From contig CASFGA010000009.1 of the NCBI GenBank assembly GCA_949294185.1, forward strand, positions 61,968 through 125,967: a stretch of DNA of 64,000 bases. The letters are read 5' to 3'. The notes beneath the pieces were generated by a model, which had not been told where the DNA came from, did not search any database, and worked only from the letters and a program-made list of their open reading frames with translations. Source of the DNA: an uncultured Bacteroides sp. Its GTDB lineage: Bacteria; Bacteroidota; Bacteroidia; Bacteroidales; Bacteroidaceae. Positions 60,624 through 64,000 of this stretch are shown here, one piece after another (position 1 is the stretch's first letter; every line of letters begins with the position of its first letter). The position numbers and the translations under genes are program-made.

Positions 60624-62465
60624 ATGAAAGAATTTTTCCAACTCATGAGGCGTTTTGTGTCGCCTTATAAGAGATTTGTAGGTTGGGCAGTCATTCTGAA
60701 TCTGCTTTCAGCCGTGTTCAACGTATTTTCCTTTTCACTGCTTATCCCTATCCTGAACATTCTTTTCAAGACCGGCGCACAGGAAAAGGTTTACCAATAC
60801 ATGGAATGGGAGTGGACACTCGACTCAATCAAAGAGACAGCCGCCAATAACTTCTATTACTATGTCAACCAACTTATAGCAAGTTTCGGTCCGGCCACCA
60901 CTCTGCTGTTTCTCGGACTTTTCCTTGCCCTGATGACCTTCTTTAAAACAGCATGCTACTTCGGTTCATCTGCCGTCATGATACCGCTTCGTACCGGCAT
61001 TGTGCGCGACATCCGCACGATGGTATACGCGAAAGTGATGTATCTGCCCTTGGGATTCTTTTCCGAAGAAAGGAAAGGAGACATCATTGCCCGCATGAGC
61101 GGAGACGTTTCAGAGATAGAAAACTCCATCACAAGCTCGCTCGACATGCTTTTGAAAAATCCTATCCTGATTGTTTCTTATTTCACAACGCTTCTTATCA
61201 TCAGTTGGCAGCTTACGCTGTTCACTATCCTCGTACTGCCTACCATGGGCTGGCTGATGGGAAAGATAGGGCGGAAACTGAAGCGGCAGTCGTTGGAAGC
61301 GCAAGGAAAATGGAGCGAAACCATGTCGCAACTGGAGGAAACGCTCGGCGGACTGCGGGTGATAAAAGCCTTTACTGCGGAAGAAAAGATGATCCGCCGC
61401 TTCAACAAATGCAGCAACGAATATCGTGATGCCACCAGCAGAGTATCTACCCGCCAGTCGATGGCGCATCCGATGAGCGAATTTCTCGGCACTATACTGA
61501 TTGTACTTGTATTATGGTTCGGCGGATCGCTGATTCTAAGAAACGATTCCTCTATTGATGCCTCCACTTTCATCTATTATATGGTCATTCTTTACAGCAT
61601 CATCAATCCGCTGAAAGAGTTCTCAAAAGCAAGTTACATGATTCCTCGCGGACTGGCTTCTATGGAACGCGTGGACAAAATACTGAAAGCCCCCAACAAT
61701 ATAGTGGAGAAAAAAAATCCTGCACATGTATCTGAGTTGAAAGAAAGCATTGACTTCAGCCATATCACCTTCAGCTACAACAACCAGCATCAGGTGCTTA
61801 ATGATGTCAGCCTGCATATCCGCAAAGGGGAGACCATTGCCCTGGTGGGACAAAGCGGCTCGGGAAAGTCGACTTTGGTCGACCTGCTTCCCCGTTTCCA
61901 CGATGTGCAGGGAGGAGAGATACTGATTGACGGCATAAACATCAAGGACTTGTCTATCCAAGACCTGCGCTCGCTGATAGGATACGTGAATCAGGAAGCT
62001 ATTCTGTTTAATGACAGCTTCTACAACAACATAACATTCGGAGTAGAGAACGCCACCAAAGAGCAGGTGATCGAGGCCGCCAAGATTGCCAATGCCCACG
62101 ATTTCATCATGGAGAGCGAACAAGGATATGACACGAACATAGGCGACCGTGGCTGCCGCCTTTCGGGAGGACAGCGGCAACGTATCTCCATCGCCCGTGC
62201 CATCCTGAAAAATCCGGCTATTCTCATTCTCGACGAAGCTACATCGGCTCTTGACACGGAAAGCGAACGCCTCGTTCAGGAAGCTTTGGAGCGCCTGATG
62301 AAGACGCGCACGACAATCGCCATCGCCCACAGGCTTTCAACCATCAAGAATGCCAACCAAATCTATGTGCTTTACGAGGGAAAAATCGTGGAACATGGCA
62401 AGCATGAGGAATTACTTACCAAGAACGGCTATTATAAGCGACTGAATGACATGCAGGCGCTATAA
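60624..62465 (+). CDS. MsbA-like ABC transporter (TMD-NBD fusion)
   Basis: GQSGSGKS, LSGGQ, ILDEAT and AHR motifs after a six-TM domain. Confidence 0.93.
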   Translation: MKEFFQLMRRFVSPYKRFVGWAVILNLLSAVFNVFSFSLLIPILNILFKTGAQEKVYQYMEWEWTLDSIKETAANNFYYYVNQLIASFGPATTLLFLGLFLALMTFFKTACYFGSSAVMIPLRTGIVRDIRTMVYAKVMYLPLGFFSEERKGDIIARMSGDVSEIENSITSSLDMLLKNPILIVSYFTTLLIISWQLTLFTILVLPTMGWLMGKIGRKLKRQSLEAQGKWSETMSQLEETLGGLRVIKAFTAEEKMIRRFNKCSNEYRDATSRVSTRQSMAHPMSEFLGTILIVLVLWFGGSLILRNDSSIDASTFIYYMVILYSIINPLKEFSKASYMIPRGLASMERVDKILKAPNNIVEKKNPAHVSELKESIDFSHITFSYNNQHQVLNDVSLHIRKGETIALVGQSGSGKSTLVDLLPRFHDVQGGEILIDGINIKDLSIQDLRSLIGYVNQEAILFNDSFYNNITFGVENATKEQVIEAAKIANAHDFIMESEQGYDTNIGDRGCRLSGGQRQRISIARAILKNPAILILDEATSALDTESERLVQEALERLMKTRTTIAIAHRLSTIKNANQIYVLYEGKIVEHGKHEELLTKNGYYKRLNDMQAL

Positions 62466-62678
62466 GAAAACCAGAACTTATCTTACGGCTTACCGACTTG
62501 TCACAACAGACTTTTGCCAATTTAGTCTGTTGGAGCGACTGGTATGCCTTATCAGACGATATATCAACAAAAGAAACAAACGATATAAGCACCTTCTCCA
62601 GACATAAAATCCTCAACATAACAGCAAACCATTATAGAAAAAAACTATATTTGCATCCCGAAAAATCATTTCACCGGA

Positions 62679-63680
62679 ATGAAAGTTATTGTTGACGACA
62701 AGATACCTTACATAAGGGAAGCATTGGAACGACTGGCCGACAAGGTCATCTACCTGCCGGGAAAAGACATTACAGCCGATATAGTAAGAGACGCCGACGC
62801 GCTGATTATACGTACCCGCACACATTGCAATAAAGAACTGCTCGAAGGAAGCCGGGTTCGCTTCATCGGCACGGCCACCATCGGATTCGATCATATTGAT
62901 ACCGAATATTGCCGCTCGGCAGGAATCGCATGGAGCAACTGTCCGGGATGCAATGCCGGAGCAGTGGAACAATACGTTCATGCCTCACTGCTGCTGCTGC
63001 AAAAAGAGAAAAATGTCAGTCTGAAGCAGTCTTGTCTGGGTATTGTAGGAGTGGAACATGTAGGAAGCCGCATTGCAAACCTGGCACAACGGTTGGGAAT
63101 GCGGATTTTACTGAATGATCCCCCTCGTCATGACCGCGGTGAAAACGAATTCTGCTCCTTACAAAAACTGGCTGAAGAATGCAACATAATTACTTTTCAT
63201 ACGCCCTTAATCCGGAAAGGAATCTACAAGACATTTCATTTGGCCGATCATTCTTTCTTCAATATGTTGGAAAAAAAGCCTTATCTTATCAACACTTCCC
63301 GCGGAGAGGTGGTAGACACTGAAGCTTTGCTTGCGGCAATGAATGAAAAGATAGCCGGTGTAATAGTCGATGTATGGGAAAACGAGCCGGATATCAACCG
63401 GGAATTGCTCGACAAGGCATTTATCGCCACACCTCATATAGCCGGTTACTCCGCCGACGGCAAGGCAAACGCCACACGCATGGTATTGGAAGCCTTCTGC
63501 CGGTTCTTTCAAAAACCGATGGACTTCCATATATCTCTCCCGGAAATAACCGGTTCCGACAAGAATGAAGATATTCGTACACTGCAACAATATAATCCGC
63601 ATGACGACTGCAACGCCTTGCGCCTGCACCCGGAAGCTTTTGAAAAACTTCGCGAGCACTACCGGCTGCGCAGAGAATAA
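62679..63680 (+). CDS. pdxB: 4-phosphoerythronate dehydrogenase (NAD-binding loop altered)
   Basis: IRTRT, TATIGFDHID, NCPGCNA, FHTPL, INTSRG, DVWENEP and TPHIAGYS motifs; GIVGVEHVG replaces GxGxxG. Confidence 0.88.
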   Translation: MKVIVDDKIPYIREALERLADKVIYLPGKDITADIVRDADALIIRTRTHCNKELLEGSRVRFIGTATIGFDHIDTEYCRSAGIAWSNCPGCNAGAVEQYVHASLLLLQKEKNVSLKQSCLGIVGVEHVGSRIANLAQRLGMRILLNDPPRHDRGENEFCSLQKLAEECNIITFHTPLIRKGIYKTFHLADHSFFNMLEKKPYLINTSRGEVVDTEALLAAMNEKIAGVIVDVWENEPDINRELLDKAFIATPHIAGYSADGKANATRMVLEAFCRFFQKPMDFHISLPEITGSDKNEDIRTLQQYNPHDDCNALRLHPEAFEKLREHYRLRRE

Positions 63681-63704
63681 GACCAACCATTCACGTACAG
63701 GCAT

Positions 63705-63768
63705 AAAAAAAGGAGTACCGCTGTACTCCAACCTTTGTTAACCTTAAATCTAATACTATGAAAAACAC
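63705..63768 (-). ncRNA. Candidate trans-acting sRNA, ~65 nt
   Basis: Complete minus-strand promoter TTTG(63800-63803)-19 nt-TATCTTTG(63773-63780), then GTGTTTTTCATAGTATTAGATTTAAGGTTAACAAAGGTT and terminator GGAGTAC-AGCG-GTACTCC-T7; 5' end estimated. Confidence 0.7.
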
Positions 63769-63845
63769 GATGCAAAGATACGGACTTTAGGCAATTCTGC
63801 AAATTATCCCAATCAAAAATCGTGTTTTATAACATATATTAGAAA

Positions 63846-63998
63846 TTACAAACCTAATTTTTCAGATATTTCCAACATCCGGCGAATCGGCTTGATGGCA
63901 TCTTTTGCTATATTTTCATCGACCTGCACTTCCGGCCACTCGTATTTCAGCGTATTATAAAGCTTTTCAAGCGTATTCAGACGCATGAAATTGCATTC
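63846..63998 (-). CDS. nadA: Quinolinate synthase, C-terminal part (continues beyond the window)
   Basis: Not in the ORF track. Manual translation gives ECNFMRLNTLEKLYNTLKYEWPEVQVDENIAKDAIKPIRRMLEISEKLGL*, the NadA C-x-x-M...PIRRML tail. Confidence 0.85.
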   Translation of the reverse strand, partial: ECNFMRLNTLEKLYNTLKYEWPEVQVDENIAKDAIKPIRRMLEISEKLGL

Positions 63999-64000
63999 GT

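Noticed and set aside
63758-63790. 10-codon micro-ORF MKNTMQRYGL on the plus strand with a good-looking initiation context
   Set aside because: No plus-strand promoter is evident and it lies past a hairpin; the opposite strand has a complete promoter and terminator, so the sRNA reading is preferred. Ribosome profiling could revive it.
1-64000. CRISPR arrays, IS elements, prophage, invertible promoters, defence systems
   Set aside because: No regularly spaced repeats, transposase, recombinase or defence-family motifs were seen.

Overview
A 64-kb segment of Bacteroidaceae (Bacteroides/Phocaeicola-like) chromosomal backbone, judged from gene content and order and from the many TAnnTTTG -7 promoter boxes. 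It is almost all housekeeping: aroQ (partial), pyk, rbfA, tRNA-Gln, a tricorn-like protease, dprA, dapB-lepB, two rhomboids, secDF, ferritin, mtnN-luxS, rpsO, typA, miaB, ftsX-uppP-truB-queA-folK, metK, hemD-rnpA-yidD-tatD, tyrS, sufE, an MsbA-like ABC transporter, pdxB and nadA (partial). I saw no integrase, transposase, phage genes, CRISPR array or recognisable defence system, and I cannot support a large new multi-gene system here. The best leads are small: (1) a ~65-nt promoter-to-terminator sRNA candidate at 63705-63768 whose sequence is antisense to a typical Bacteroides translation start; (2) a SAM-II-type riboswitch before metK; (3) a second signal-peptidase paralogue missing both catalytic residues; (4) a Gly-to-Glu change in the PdxB NAD-binding loop; (5) a three-way-junction 5' leader on the gtrA-like gene; (6) two families of intergenic palindromic repeats. 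All product calls come from motif recognition by eye; no database search was run.
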